Position numbers and translations under genes: made by a program. Below the pieces are notes generated by a model. The model saw nothing but the letters and a program-made list of their open reading frames with translations, did no database searches and was not told where the DNA came from. Shown here piece after piece: positions 17,876 to 28,647 of a stretch of DNA of 64,000 bases (its first letter is position 1; each line of letters begins with the position of its first letter). The DNA is from an uncultured Gammaproteobacteria bacterium (GTDB taxonomy: Bacteria; Pseudomonadota; Gammaproteobacteria; SZUA-229), in the NCBI GenBank assembly GCA_963924875.1, contig CAWUSX010000016.1, positions 6,663-70,662 on the forward strand, read 5' to 3'.

Positions 17876-19852
17876 ATGCATGATGCCCTTAGTGACACAA
17901 TAATTTTACTCGCCATCTCTGTTATTGCAGTTGCTATATTCAGACGCATCAAACTCCCTGCCATACTCGCTTATCTCGTGGTTGGCGTTTGCCTTGGCCC
18001 ACACGCTGCAAATGTCATACAAAATTCAGATGCAATACACTTTCTAGCTGAGGTTGGTATTGCCTTCCTGCTGTTTAGTTTAGGCCTGGAGTTTTCACTT
18101 AATAGATTAATCTCCAATCGCCGCGCAGTGCTCGGGCTGGGCAGCGCTCAGGTAACGGTGACTTTATTTATCGCCGGAATGACTGCCTGGTTATTAGGCG
18201 TTAAACTGGAGCCCGCCTTCGTGATTGGCTGCGTTATCGCGCTTTCCTCTACTGCCATAGTAATTAAACAGCTCGGTGAACAACTGGAAACCGATTCGCG
18301 TCACGGCAATGCATCCATCTCTATTTTATTATTTCAAGATGTCGCCGTGGTTCCTATGCTGGTCGTTATTCCCGTTATTTCTAGCAATAATGACAGCTCA
18401 TTTATTTTAGAGCTGTCATATAGCTTTGCCATGGGCATTGGTGTGACGGTCATAATGCTTGCTATTGGTCGCTGGCTGCTACGCCCGCTGTTCCATGAAA
18501 TTGCCTCCGCCCATTCAGCCGAGCTATTCACCTTAGCGGTTTTACTGGTCGCACTGCTCTCCGCATGGACGACTGAATTTGCCGGGCTATCAATGGCATT
18601 AGGTGCTTTCCTTGCGGGCATGATGCTCAGTGAAACTGAATTCAAACACCAGATAGAAAATGACATCCGCCCATTCAGAGATATCCTGCTTGGGCTGTTC
18701 TTTGTAACCGTTGGCATGATGGTCGATATCAGTAGTGTCCTGGGGACACTGCACTGGGCCATACTCTTGGCCATAGCCATTATTATTGGCAAAACAGCCC
18801 TTATCACGGTTTTGAGCAAACGCATTATTGCTGCCCCTACCGGCGTTTCAATACGTACCGGTTTAGTGCTCAGCCAATGTGGTGAATTTGGCTTCGCCAT
18901 TATGGCGCTAGCCGTCAGTTACAATGTATTGCCAGAGGCAGAATCTCAACTATTACTTGCCACCATCATTATCACGATGATTGCTACCCCCTTTCTGGTT
19001 AAGTACAACGGCTTACTGGCGAAAAGACTTACCGGTAGTTATATGGAAAATCGCGAGATAAATGAAAAGACTATCGCCGCGAATACAGACAAATTAACAG
19101 GCCATGTGATTATTTGCGGCTTTGGGCGCATCGGGCAGAATATTGCGAAAATATTAGACGCCGAAGAGTTCAGTTACTTTGCTTTGGACTATAGCGTTGA
19201 ACTCATTACCAATGCCTCCAAAGGCGGCTACAAAGTGGCCTTTGGGGACTCAACACACAGGGAAATTCTGCTCGCTGCAGGCATTGAACGTGCCTCGATT
19301 TTAGTGATTTGTCACGACAATGTCGGCTCCGCAGAAAAGACCTTGCGGCAGGCAAAAATGATCAACCCGGACCTGCCCATACTCGTAAGGACTCAGGACG
19401 ACACCTACTACGCCCAGCTCACTGAAGCGGGGGCTACTGAGGTAATTCCAGAGACATTGGAATCCAGCCTTATGATGGCCTCGCACGTGCTTTCTATTCT
19501 TGGTATGCCAATGGCTAAAATCGTCCGTCGGGTACAGGACATGCGGAAGAATAAATACTCCACCATGCGCGAGTTTTTCCATGGCGATGAAGCCGACGGA
19601 ATTGAACAACCAGATGATGTGCGCAAGCGCCTGAGTTGTGTCACCTTGCAGCATGGAGCTTATGCCGTTGGCAAAACCCTAAGCGATCTACAGCTACATT
19701 CTAAAGGCGTCACTCTGAATAAAAATCGCCGCGATGACTTAAATGTCGTGTCGCCGAATTCAAGCGAGATACTACAGGAAGGAAATGTGTTAGTTCTCTT
19801 CGGTACACCAGAGGCACTAGAACACGTTGAAGGCTTTTTACTTAATGGCTAA
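17876..19852 (+). CDS. CPA2-family monovalent cation:proton antiporter with RCK (TrkA-N/TrkA-C) domains (KefB/YbaL-like)
   Basis: 658 aa with about 12 TM helices, then a Rossmann motif (VIICGFGRIGQNIA) and a C-terminal TrkA-C-like domain. Confidence 0.88.
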   Translation: MHDALSDTIILLAISVIAVAIFRRIKLPAILAYLVVGVCLGPHAANVIQNSDAIHFLAEVGIAFLLFSLGLEFSLNRLISNRRAVLGLGSAQVTVTLFIAGMTAWLLGVKLEPAFVIGCVIALSSTAIVIKQLGEQLETDSRHGNASISILLFQDVAVVPMLVVIPVISSNNDSSFILELSYSFAMGIGVTVIMLAIGRWLLRPLFHEIASAHSAELFTLAVLLVALLSAWTTEFAGLSMALGAFLAGMMLSETEFKHQIENDIRPFRDILLGLFFVTVGMMVDISSVLGTLHWAILLAIAIIIGKTALITVLSKRIIAAPTGVSIRTGLVLSQCGEFGFAIMALAVSYNVLPEAESQLLLATIIITMIATPFLVKYNGLLAKRLTGSYMENREINEKTIAANTDKLTGHVIICGFGRIGQNIAKILDAEEFSYFALDYSVELITNASKGGYKVAFGDSTHREILLAAGIERASILVICHDNVGSAEKTLRQAKMINPDLPILVRTQDDTYYAQLTEAGATEVIPETLESSLMMASHVLSILGMPMAKIVRRVQDMRKNKYSTMREFFHGDEADGIEQPDDVRKRLSCVTLQHGAYAVGKTLSDLQLHSKGVTLNKNRRDDLNVVSPNSSEILQEGNVLVLFGTPEALEHVEGFLLNG

Positions 19853-19916
19853 CACGTTAAGCACCTGACTGGTCATACTTAATTTCAGGACTCAGGTAAC
19901 TTACGTGTGAGGGATA

Positions 19917-22295
19917 TTATTTTTCTATTTTTAAAACCTCTTTCGTCATCTCAATCACGCTATCTGAATTTAGAGAAATCGAAGATATTCCCTGCTCCAC
20001 CAGCCAGCGAGTAATCTCTGGAAAATCCGAGGGAGCCTGACCACAAATACCCACATATTTACCTGCTTTTTTGCAGGCATCTATAGCCATTTTCATCATA
20101 ATTTTTACGGCTTCATTTCGCTCATCAAAGCCTGTCACTAAACCTGAATCACGATCAACACCCAGGGTTAATTGGGTTAAGTCATTTGAGCCGATAGAAA
20201 AACCATCAAAATATTTTAAGAACTCATCGGCGAGTAAAACATTCGCTGGAATCTCACACATTAAATACGTTTTTAAATCGTTTTCGCCGCGCTCTAACCC
20301 AAACTCTGTTAATAATTTAAGAACAGTTTTTCCTTCATCGACACTGCGTACAAAGGGAATCATAATATCAATATTATTTAAGCCCATTTTTTCACGTACC
20401 AGTTTTATTGCCTGACACTCTAATTTAAAACAGCTTTTAAATTCTTTTGAGGGGTAACGATAGGCACCGCGAAAACCTATCATTGGATTTTCTTCTTCCG
20501 GTTCAAATAGTGAGCCGCCAATCAATGAAGCATATTCATTCGATTTGAAATCCGACATGCGCACAATAACCTGTCGCGGATAAAATGCCGCCGCAATCGT
20601 TCCGATACCTTCCGCCAGCTTCTGAATATAATACTCGGTAGGGTTTTGATAGCCGGCTATCAATTTAGATATTTCAGATTTTAATGTCTCATCTAAACTA
20701 TCAAACTCCAGCAATGCGCGAGGGTGTATTCGAATACTATTATTAATAATAAATTCTAGCCGAGCCAAACCTACACCATCGACAGGCAAATACGATGCCT
20801 CGAAGGCCAGATCCGGATTTGCCAAATTCAACATCATGCGTGTTTTAGGTTTAGCCAAACCACTTACATCAATTTTGTTTTCACTGTATTGCAAAACACC
20901 GGGATAAACATATCCTGTATCACCTTCAGCACAGGACACGGTAACATCCAGACCCGTTTTTATTTTACTTGTCGCATCGCCACAACCTACTATTGCAGGT
21001 ATGCCAAGCTCACGCGCAATAATCGCGGCATGACAAGTACGGCCACCGCGATTAGTGACAATCGCAGATGCAATTTTCATTACCGGTTCCCAATCCGGGT
21101 CGGTGATGTCCGTAATTAACACTTCGCCTTTTTTCAATTTATGCATTTCACCCGCATCCGGAATAACACATGCTGTGCCGTTGGCAATTCGTTTACCAAT
21201 ACTCTTTCCTACTATGAGTGGTTGCGGTTTATCCTGCGAATCTAGCTTGAAATGAGTTTGAAACTGTTTATTTACCTCGGACTGAACCGTTTCCGGGCGC
21301 GCCTGCAATATAAATAACTCACCATTTTCACCATCTTTGGCCCACTCAATATCCATCGGGCGGCCATAATGATTTTCTATAATCACCGCATACCGGGCGA
21401 GCTGTAATACATCATCATCATCAATGCAAAAACGTGTTTGATCTTCGCGAACCACTTCTACATTATGTGTAGAAAGGCCTGCGGTTGAGTCACGGCTATA
21501 TACCATTTTAATGGCTTTCTCACCCAACTGGCGGCGAATAATAGGCGAATTCTGATCACTCAGGGTTTCTTTAAATACATAAAATTCATCCGGGTTCACC
21601 GCACCCTGCACGACGTGTTCACCCAAACCCCATGCTGCATTTATTAACACCACGCCTTCAAAGCCAGATTCCGTATCCATCGTAAACATCACCCCCGATG
21701 AACCCGTATCCGCACGCACCATTTTTTGTACGCCAATAGATAAGGCAACATCCATGTGATTAAAGCCTTTATCTACACGATATGATATTGCCCGGTCGGT
21801 AAATAGCGAGGCAAACACTCGCTTACAGGTCAGCACTAAATTACGTCGCCCGGAAATATTTAAATAGGTTTCCTGCTGGCCTGCGAATGAAGCACCGGGC
21901 AAATCTTCTGCGGTTGCCGAACTACGCACAGCAACACCCACATACTCATTAAATTCTTCACTCAGCTTTTCATAAGCGCCAACGATCTCATCGGACAGAT
22001 CATCGGGCATTTCTGCATGCAGAACCCAGCTGCGGATTTGACGCCCAACACGTGCCAACTCTTTTACATTATGTGTATCCAGACTATCCAGGGCACTACG
22101 TATTTTGTCTTCTAACTTATTATGACGAATATAATAATTATAGGCCTCAGAGGTGGTTGCAAAACCATTGGGAACACTAACACCTTGCGATGACAGGTTA
22201 CGATACATCTCACCAAGTGAGGCATTTTTGCCACCCACTTGTTCAATATCTTTAATACCAATTTCAGAAAAAAAACGAATAAAACGCATAATCAT
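19917..22295 (-). CDS. ppsA: Phosphoenolpyruvate synthase
   Basis: 792 aa. VGGKNASLGEM, the phosphohistidine region (TNRGGRTCHAAIIARELGIPA) and a C-terminal PEP-utilising domain (GSNDLTQ). Confidence 0.95.
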   Translation of the reverse strand: MIMRFIRFFSEIGIKDIEQVGGKNASLGEMYRNLSSQGVSVPNGFATTSEAYNYYIRHNKLEDKIRSALDSLDTHNVKELARVGRQIRSWVLHAEMPDDLSDEIVGAYEKLSEEFNEYVGVAVRSSATAEDLPGASFAGQQETYLNISGRRNLVLTCKRVFASLFTDRAISYRVDKGFNHMDVALSIGVQKMVRADTGSSGVMFTMDTESGFEGVVLINAAWGLGEHVVQGAVNPDEFYVFKETLSDQNSPIIRRQLGEKAIKMVYSRDSTAGLSTHNVEVVREDQTRFCIDDDDVLQLARYAVIIENHYGRPMDIEWAKDGENGELFILQARPETVQSEVNKQFQTHFKLDSQDKPQPLIVGKSIGKRIANGTACVIPDAGEMHKLKKGEVLITDITDPDWEPVMKIASAIVTNRGGRTCHAAIIARELGIPAIVGCGDATSKIKTGLDVTVSCAEGDTGYVYPGVLQYSENKIDVSGLAKPKTRMMLNLANPDLAFEASYLPVDGVGLARLEFIINNSIRIHPRALLEFDSLDETLKSEISKLIAGYQNPTEYYIQKLAEGIGTIAAAFYPRQVIVRMSDFKSNEYASLIGGSLFEPEEENPMIGFRGAYRYPSKEFKSCFKLECQAIKLVREKMGLNNIDIMIPFVRSVDEGKTVLKLLTEFGLERGENDLKTYLMCEIPANVLLADEFLKYFDGFSIGSNDLTQLTLGVDRDSGLVTGFDERNEAVKIMMKMAIDACKKAGKYVGICGQAPSDFPEITRWLVEQGISSISLNSDSVIEMTKEVLKIEK

Positions 22296-22402
22296 CCCAC
22301 CTCGTTAACACTCATTAAAGTATAAGGCATATATTACGACTTGGAGTAACTAGAACGCTGCTAGTTCAGTGAGAGTTGATTTAACTTAAGTACTGGTCAA
22401 TA

Positions 22403-22771
22403 TTAAAATCGGCCATGCTCAAGCATCAGTAAGGTACAGTCTTTTACAAATGGAATATCATTATGTAAAAGTGCCAGTTCTAATTCTTCGCTTTCAGTAC
22501 CCGGGTTTAAAATCACCCGAGATGGGTTGAGCCTAATAATCTCATCAATTAATGGCGTACTGCGTTGCGGCCCCAAATATACGGTGAGTGTATCTATCAC
22601 CTGATGAATTTGCTGAAGACTATGCTTCACCACTACACCATCAATAGTTTGCAGTTTTGGGTGAACCGGTATCACGTGGTAGCCATACTCCTGAAGCAGT
22701 AACATGGCTTTATAGGCAAAGCGGTGTGGCTTATTACTTGCGCCAAGTACAACTACCTGTGGATTTTGCAT
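22403..22771 (-). CDS. CoA-binding domain protein (YccU-like)
   Basis: 122 aa. VVVLGASNKPHRFAYKAMLLLQEYGYHVIPVHP matches the CoA-binding fold signature. Confidence 0.75.
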   Translation of the reverse strand: MQNPQVVVLGASNKPHRFAYKAMLLLQEYGYHVIPVHPKLQTIDGVVVKHSLQQIHQVIDTLTVYLGPQRSTPLIDEIIRLNPSRVILNPGTESEELELALLHNDIPFVKDCTLLMLEHGRF

Positions 22772-23154
22772 TAGCTATTTAAGTGCTCAGGTTTAACGAA
22801 ATTCATCACCTGTGCCGAATACTCACGGTCATATATGAGTGAAATTTGAGTATCACCATCTTTCACTTTAGAACTCACCTGTTTTAAGTCCGGCAAACGA
22901 ATAGCAAGATACGCCATACTGGCTGAGATTAATTGCTCGTCCTCCGATTTAATCGCCGCCATTAACTGGTTAGCAACAAAATAGGCCTTTTGTTCTTGAT
23001 CTGGTGCAAAAACATTCCCCTGCCCACTGGGAATACCCATCTCCATTTTCTCGTCCATTTTATCCAGATATTCAAGCTGATTGTCTGGCAAAACTTTATC
23101 ACGATCATATTCAATTACAGGCTCGCCATCTACCACCGCCATCAGAAGACTCAT
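22771..23154 (-). CDS. Hypothetical acidic protein
   Basis: 127-aa ORF with no recognisable motif. It is end-to-start coupled with the CoA-binding gene. Confidence 0.45.
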   Translation of the reverse strand: MSLLMAVVDGEPVIEYDRDKVLPDNQLEYLDKMDEKMEMGIPSGQGNVFAPDQEQKAYFVANQLMAAIKSEDEQLISASMAYLAIRLPDLKQVSSKVKDGDTQISLIYDREYSAQVMNFVKPEHLNS

Positions 23155-23279
23155 AACTCGCTATCCACATCATTCAAAACAAGCACAAATATTATCATAT
23201 TTTGCCAGCCCATAAAGGTACAATGCACCAATAAGCCATATTACAATAAGCCACAAACTCGATAAAATTCAGGAAAATT

Positions 23280-23915
23280 ATGAGCCAACCACCTTCTGCA
23301 CTGCTACTTATCGCCACTGGTTGTCAACATTGCCCCAGCGTACTGCAAAGCATGTCTGAGCTGGTAAAAGAGGGCAAATTATCAACTCTGGAAGTGGTCA
23401 ATATTGTCGCGGCACCTGAACGTGCAAAAGCACTTAATGTGCGCTCTGTTCCCTGGGTAAAACTAGGTGACTTTGAACTGGTGGGCATGAAGAGCAAAAC
23501 CGAACTAGAGGAATGGATAAGCAAAACCAATAAACCCGAGAATATGAGTGATTATTTTGCAGAGCTCATGACCTCTGGGGAAATTGCCAAGGTTCAGCAG
23601 ATGGTAGAGAAGCAGCCAGAGTACATACAAAGCCTGCTGGATATTATGGCGAATGAGCAATCCGGCTTATCAGCGCGTATTGGTGTTGGCGCTGTTATGG
23701 AGCACATCGCCGCTAGTGATGCATTAATCAATACCATAGATACAATAGGCAGCTACTGCCAAAGCCCCAACGCACGCATTAGAAACGATGCCTGCTATTA
23801 CCTTGGTTTAAGCCAGCATCAAAACGCAAAAAAATATATTCAGCCTCTGCTCGACGATGCGGATGCGGATGTTAGAGAGTGTGCAGCAGATGCACTTGAA
23901 GAAATCGGCGATTAA
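23280..23915 (+). CDS. Thioredoxin-fold protein with C-terminal HEAT-like repeats
   Basis: N-terminal CxxC (GCQHCP) in a thioredoxin-like context. The C-terminus has HEAT/PBS-lyase-type repeats (RIRNDACYYLG, DADADVRECAADALEEIG). Confidence 0.6.
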   Translation: MSQPPSALLLIATGCQHCPSVLQSMSELVKEGKLSTLEVVNIVAAPERAKALNVRSVPWVKLGDFELVGMKSKTELEEWISKTNKPENMSDYFAELMTSGEIAKVQQMVEKQPEYIQSLLDIMANEQSGLSARIGVGAVMEHIAASDALINTIDTIGSYCQSPNARIRNDACYYLGLSQHQNAKKYIQPLLDDADADVRECAADALEEIGD

Positions 23916-24012
23916 ATTTATCTACTCTATGGAGTTGCAGCATATTATTAAAATTTATAATCGGCATGATGTAGTAAAACCATTTTCAATTAATAACGGT
24001 ATTTAATATTCA

Positions 24013-25239
24013 ATGAACAATCCAGTCTGGAACAATTTTAGTGCCGCACCCCATCGGCTGTTTTTCTTTAGTGGCGCCATGCAGCTAATTTTGCCGCTAT
24101 TTTTCTGGCTGATAGAACTCTATGGCCGTTACACAGATTTTACATTTCCACTCGATACCGTTATTCCCAGCACCTGGGCGCATGGGTTTTTAATGATTTA
24201 CGGCATATTTATATTCTTTATTTTCGGTTTTTTAATGACTGTATTTCCACGCTGGATGAATTCAAAAGTAATAGAAAAAGACCACTATATTGCTAGTTTT
24301 GTCTGGCTAAATGCCGGCTTGTTTATTTTTGAAATCAGCCTGTTTTATAGCCGAGATGCATTATTATCAGGCCTTATTATATTTTTATTAGGCTGGCTGC
24401 ACGGCACCTACACTTTGTACCAATCTTTAAAAAACAGCCCTGCTCAGGATAAATTTTATGAACGCATTTTGCTCAGCGCACTCAGTGCTGGGGCAATAGG
24501 CGTTATGAGCTTTATGTGGTTTATTTACAGCGACCAATGGGCATATATTTCACTCGCATTCAATGCAGGCATATGGCTATTTTTATTACCCGTACTATTC
24601 AGTGTAAGCCACCGCATGCTGCCATTCTTTAGTAGTAATGTGATTGATAATTACAGCCTGTTTCAACCTCGATTCACGCTGTGGATTTTTATTATCGGTT
24701 GCTCATTGCACTTTTTTATTGAGCAAAAACAATTATCGCATTTACTTTTTATTGTAGATATTCCACTGGCTATAACAGTACTTGTACATAGCCTGCGTTG
24801 GCAATTACATCGCAGTTTTAAAAACAATTTACTCGCAGTCTTGCATATGGCATTTTTCTGGTTATTCATTGGTTTATGTTTGCTGAGCGCGCAGAGCCTC
24901 ATTCTTTTCCTATCGGGAGAATTCATACTTAACAAGGCCCCTGTACATGCCATTACTATTGGCTTTATAACCTCCATGCTTATTGCAATGGCAACACGCG
25001 TAACAATGGGCCATTCAGGTCGACAACTCATCTTAGATAACACGACCTGGTACTTATTTTTGGGCATTCAATTAGCCGCTATTTCGCGCATACTAGCTGA
25101 TGCTCAGTTTGATTTATTCATGCAAAACAATAACTTCAACTTAATAGCCGCTAGCCTATGGCTAATAAGCCTGTCAGTCTGGTTTTGGAAGTATGCACCC
25201 ATGTACTTAAAAAAACGTATCGATGGAAACCCCGGCTAA
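24013..25239 (+). CDS. nnrS: NnrS family membrane protein
   Basis: 408 aa with about 12 TM helices. N-terminus AAPHRLFFFSGA and conserved His residues typical of NnrS. Confidence 0.75.
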   Translation: MNNPVWNNFSAAPHRLFFFSGAMQLILPLFFWLIELYGRYTDFTFPLDTVIPSTWAHGFLMIYGIFIFFIFGFLMTVFPRWMNSKVIEKDHYIASFVWLNAGLFIFEISLFYSRDALLSGLIIFLLGWLHGTYTLYQSLKNSPAQDKFYERILLSALSAGAIGVMSFMWFIYSDQWAYISLAFNAGIWLFLLPVLFSVSHRMLPFFSSNVIDNYSLFQPRFTLWIFIIGCSLHFFIEQKQLSHLLFIVDIPLAITVLVHSLRWQLHRSFKNNLLAVLHMAFFWLFIGLCLLSAQSLILFLSGEFILNKAPVHAITIGFITSMLIAMATRVTMGHSGRQLILDNTTWYLFLGIQLAAISRILADAQFDLFMQNNNFNLIAASLWLISLSVWFWKYAPMYLKKRIDGNPG

Positions 25240-25431
25240 AAAGCGGTTTATTTGGCGGCTATATTTGATAGATTGCTGGAATGGCCAGATATAAAGAATG
25301 TAACTGCGCACAGAGCTTAGATGATTATGCAATTGACATACACACCGGTAGCACAAACTAGCAACCTGATATGATGCCACTATGAAAACCTATGGATAAA
25401 ACAGCTTAACACTGCTTTTTAAAAAATAAAT

Positions 25432-25779
25432 ATGCGCTTATTCAAACATCCTCTTTTTATTATTTTTGCACTGTTTATTGCCGGGTATTTTTTTATTCAG
25501 CAATACACTCAACAATATGTTTCAGATGCACCGGTTACCTTAACCAGGGCAAACCCACCATCCATCGTTATGTATAGTTCTACAAGCTGCATGTATTGTC
25601 ATATTGCCAGGCAATTTTTTAATAAACATAATTTACCCTTTACTGAATATAATGTTGATAATTCAGATAAACACAGAGAGATGTTTTATATATTGGGTGG
25701 CCGCGGCACCCCGCTGCTCATTATTAACAAAGAAATTATTTATGGTTATGATGAAAGGCTTATTCGTGAAGCTCTATGA
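25432..25779 (+). CDS. Membrane-anchored glutaredoxin-like protein
   Basis: N-terminal TM helix, then a CMYC active site in a glutaredoxin context (VMYSSTSCMYCHIARQFF...GTPLLIIN). Confidence 0.75.
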   Translation: MRLFKHPLFIIFALFIAGYFFIQQYTQQYVSDAPVTLTRANPPSIVMYSSTSCMYCHIARQFFNKHNLPFTEYNVDNSDKHREMFYILGGRGTPLLIINKEIIYGYDERLIREAL

Positions 25780-25835
25780 TTCAATCTACAATATAATATT
25801 TTTATGTTTACACGTTCAGTAAAATATACACACAA

Positions 25836-25872
25836 TAAAAAAGCCCGTTAAAATATTTAACGGGCTTTTTTA
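25836..25872. terminator. Bidirectional intrinsic terminator between the glutaredoxin-like gene and the csp gene
   Basis: aaaaaagcccgttaaaatatttaacgggctttttt: a 10-bp stem flanked by an A-run and a T-run. Confidence 0.75.
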
Positions 25873-25907
25873 TTACACAAGCAATTAATGCTTATGAGTA
25901 GTGCATA

Positions 25908-26114
25908 TTATGCAAGCGTTACATTAACCGCTTGTGGACCTTTCTGACCTTGTTCAACTTCAAATTGAACTTCCTGGCCTTCTGCTAAAGTTTTGTAACC
26001 TGGCACCTGAATTGCGCGGAAGTGAACAAATACATCGTCACCGTCCTGGCGCTCAATAAAACCAAAACCCTTTTTTTCGTCAAACCATTTTACTTTTCCA
26101 GTTGTTGCAGCCAT
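25908..26114 (-). CDS. CspA-family cold-shock protein
   Basis: 68 aa. [15 protein letters not shown] (RNP1) and VFVHF (RNP2). Confidence 0.95.
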   Translation of the reverse strand: MAATTGKVKWFDEKKGFGFIERQDGDDVFVHFRAIQVPGYKTLAEGQEVQFEVEQGQKGPQAVNVTLA

Positions 26115-26475
26115 GAGTAATCTCCAATAATTTTTATAAAAAATATCGCCTAGATTAAAAACAACCCATGCGAAAAAAGTGCTGAAAGATGCGGGGATTA
26201 CTTACGAACGAACAGGATGTGAGCTAAGGCATGTCATCGAAATTAGCCATAAATAGCCGCTGTAATCTTTACCAGACAGGCAAAGTGTATCGCATCTTTA
26301 CACAATGTAAAGGGGGCCAAATAATAAAAATTATTAGTAAATATTGAACAGTTTGGCTGCACAGTGAAACATTGCAACAACTTTATGAGGATGTGTGACT
26401 ATGTCATTGAAAAACCCACTAAAATCTTTACCTGTAACATTTTAGCGGGTTAACCAATAGCTTGAGTACGCTCGA

Positions 26476-28389
26476 TTACTTTTTCTCTGAACGTATTTTA
26501 GATGCCGGCTTAGGCTTGCCTTTGTCTTTATTTTTCTTGTTCTTTTTCTTTTTCACCGCATCGCTGGTCTTTAACTTAAGCTTCTCTTTGACTTTGCGTG
26601 GCTTCTCTTCCGAGGCTGACTTAACTGCGCGCGGCTGCTCCTCACCCGAGACACGAGAGATTTTTAATTGCTGACCAGATACCCAAACTTTCTTCAGGTC
26701 GTTGAATACATCTTTTGGCATACCTGAAGGCAAATCAACCAAACTGTAATCATCATTTATCTGAATGCGACCTATATTAGCGCTATCCATGTTTGCTTCA
26801 TTTGCAATCGCACCAACAATATTACCCGGCCTTACATCATGATTATTACCCACTTCTATGCGGTAACTCGACATGCCTTCAGCTGGTTTAGAATCACGAG
26901 CAGAATCGCGTTTTGGTGAACGCTCGCGATCTCGTCCTCGGTTAGAATCACGAGCAGAATCGCGACCGGAATCACGGTCTTTTTCACGTTCTCTACGGCG
27001 CGGACGATCACGACTGCTTCTTTCAGTACGCTCGTCATTACGATCAAAGCTCGCCTTACGTGCTGGTTTATTCGATAGTAAAAACGGCTCATCACCCTGT
27101 AACAACTGCGCAAGGGCTGCAGCAACTTGTAAGGCCGGCACATTTTTCTCTTGCTGAAACTGTTCAACCATCGTGTAGAACATGCCCAGCTCTTCTGTCG
27201 CCAGAACATCACTAATGCGTTGTTTGAACTTAACAATACGTTGATCGTTAATCAGTTCAGTTGATGGCAATTCCATTAAATCAATGGTTTGGCGTGTTGC
27301 ACGTTCAATCGCACTCAATAAACGCTTTTCACGTGGTGCAACAAATAATATCGCATCGCCTGCACGACCTGCACGACCTGTACGCCCAATACGATGCACG
27401 TATGACTCTGTATCATGCGGGATATCATAATTCACAACATGGCTGATGCGCGGCACATCAAGGCCACGCGCAGCCACATCGGTAGCAACCAGAATATCTA
27501 ATTTGCCTTTCTTAAGATTATTAACAGTTTTTTCACGCAGGCTTTGCTGCACATCGCCATTAATCGCCGCAGCCGCATAACCTCGCGCTTCTAGCTTTTC
27601 AGTTAATTCAACTGTAGCTGTTTTGGTGCGCACGAAAATAATCATCGCATCAAATTCTTCAGCTTCCAGTATGCGCGTTAGCGCATCTAGTTTATGCGTA
27701 CCGCTCACTGGCCAGTAACGCTGGCGAATAGTGGGTGCCGTACTCGTTTTAACTTCGATAGTGATTTGCTGCGGATCGGTTAAATAAGTCGTCGCAATAC
27801 GTCGAATCTGCTGTGGCATGGTCGCTGAAAATAGCGCTATCTGACGCGTTGCTGGCGCTTGATCTAACACCCACTCAACATCATCAATAAAGCCCATGCG
27901 TAACATTTCATCGGCTTCATCCAGTACCAATGCCGACAGATTATCTAACTTCAAAGTGCCTTTACGCATATGGTCCATAACACGGCCCGGCGTACCTACA
28001 ACAACATGTACACCGCGTTTTAAGGCAGCAATTTGCCCACGGTAATCTGACCCGCCGTATACCGGCAACACATGAAAGCCTTTCATGTGTTTGGCATAGG
28101 TTTGAAATGCCTCAGCGACCTGAATCGCCAGTTCACGGGTAGGCGCTAATACTAATACCTGAGGATCTTTTTCTTTTAAATCCAGGTTAGATAATAAAGG
28201 CAATGCAAATGCAGCTGTTTTACCCGTACCTGTTTGCGCCTGACCCAGGACATCCTTACCCTGTAGCAATAATGGAATGGTTCGGGCCTGGATTGGCGTT
28301 GGTGTTTCATAACCAACGTCATTAAGTACTTTCTGGAGGGCTGGAATAAGTTCCAGTTGATCAAAGGACGTTACCGTTTCGGTAGTCAT
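26476..28389 (-). CDS. deaD: DEAD-box ATP-dependent RNA helicase DeaD/CsdA
   Basis: 637 aa. Q-motif, AQTGTGKT, DEAD, SAT and HRIGRTGRAG motifs, a DbpA-like C-terminal RNA-binding domain, and a long RD/RS- and K-rich tail. Confidence 0.95.
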   Translation of the reverse strand: MTTETVTSFDQLELIPALQKVLNDVGYETPTPIQARTIPLLLQGKDVLGQAQTGTGKTAAFALPLLSNLDLKEKDPQVLVLAPTRELAIQVAEAFQTYAKHMKGFHVLPVYGGSDYRGQIAALKRGVHVVVGTPGRVMDHMRKGTLKLDNLSALVLDEADEMLRMGFIDDVEWVLDQAPATRQIALFSATMPQQIRRIATTYLTDPQQITIEVKTSTAPTIRQRYWPVSGTHKLDALTRILEAEEFDAMIIFVRTKTATVELTEKLEARGYAAAAINGDVQQSLREKTVNNLKKGKLDILVATDVAARGLDVPRISHVVNYDIPHDTESYVHRIGRTGRAGRAGDAILFVAPREKRLLSAIERATRQTIDLMELPSTELINDQRIVKFKQRISDVLATEELGMFYTMVEQFQQEKNVPALQVAAALAQLLQGDEPFLLSNKPARKASFDRNDERTERSSRDRPRRREREKDRDSGRDSARDSNRGRDRERSPKRDSARDSKPAEGMSSYRIEVGNNHDVRPGNIVGAIANEANMDSANIGRIQINDDYSLVDLPSGMPKDVFNDLKKVWVSGQQLKISRVSGEEQPRAVKSASEEKPRKVKEKLKLKTSDAVKKKKNKKNKDKGKPKPASKIRSEKK

Positions 28390-28647
28390 GCGTAGTTCCT
28401 ACAATAGATGAATGAGGTGAAATGCCAATGCTTTCTAGCCAGTGCTAACTTAAACGGGCAAATATCTGGAAGCTGGCTTAGGTGTCCCGTTCAATCTATC
28501 GGTGGGAGGTGAAGCCATAACTCGGAGCCCGAGGAGTATATAGGTTTATTAGCAAACTTGCATGCTTTAAATGGGGGGCTACATACTTCAACTACAGTTT
28601 AGACTAAACTGAGGCACTTGATTCACTAGCAAGCCAAAGCAGATATT

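Noticed and set aside
19853-19916. Imperfect inverted repeat (acacgttaag...cttacgtgtg) between the convergent kef-like and ppsA genes, as a possible bidirectional terminator
   Set aside because: The arms are interrupted by a mismatch or indel, the loop is ~40 nt, and there are no flanking T-runs. It is too weak to call.
26888-26964. Repeated 23-mers with regular spacing that could look like a mini repeat array
   Set aside because: There are only two copies, with a 54-bp period, in frame inside the deaD C-terminal low-complexity tail. This is a coding tandem duplication, not CRISPR.
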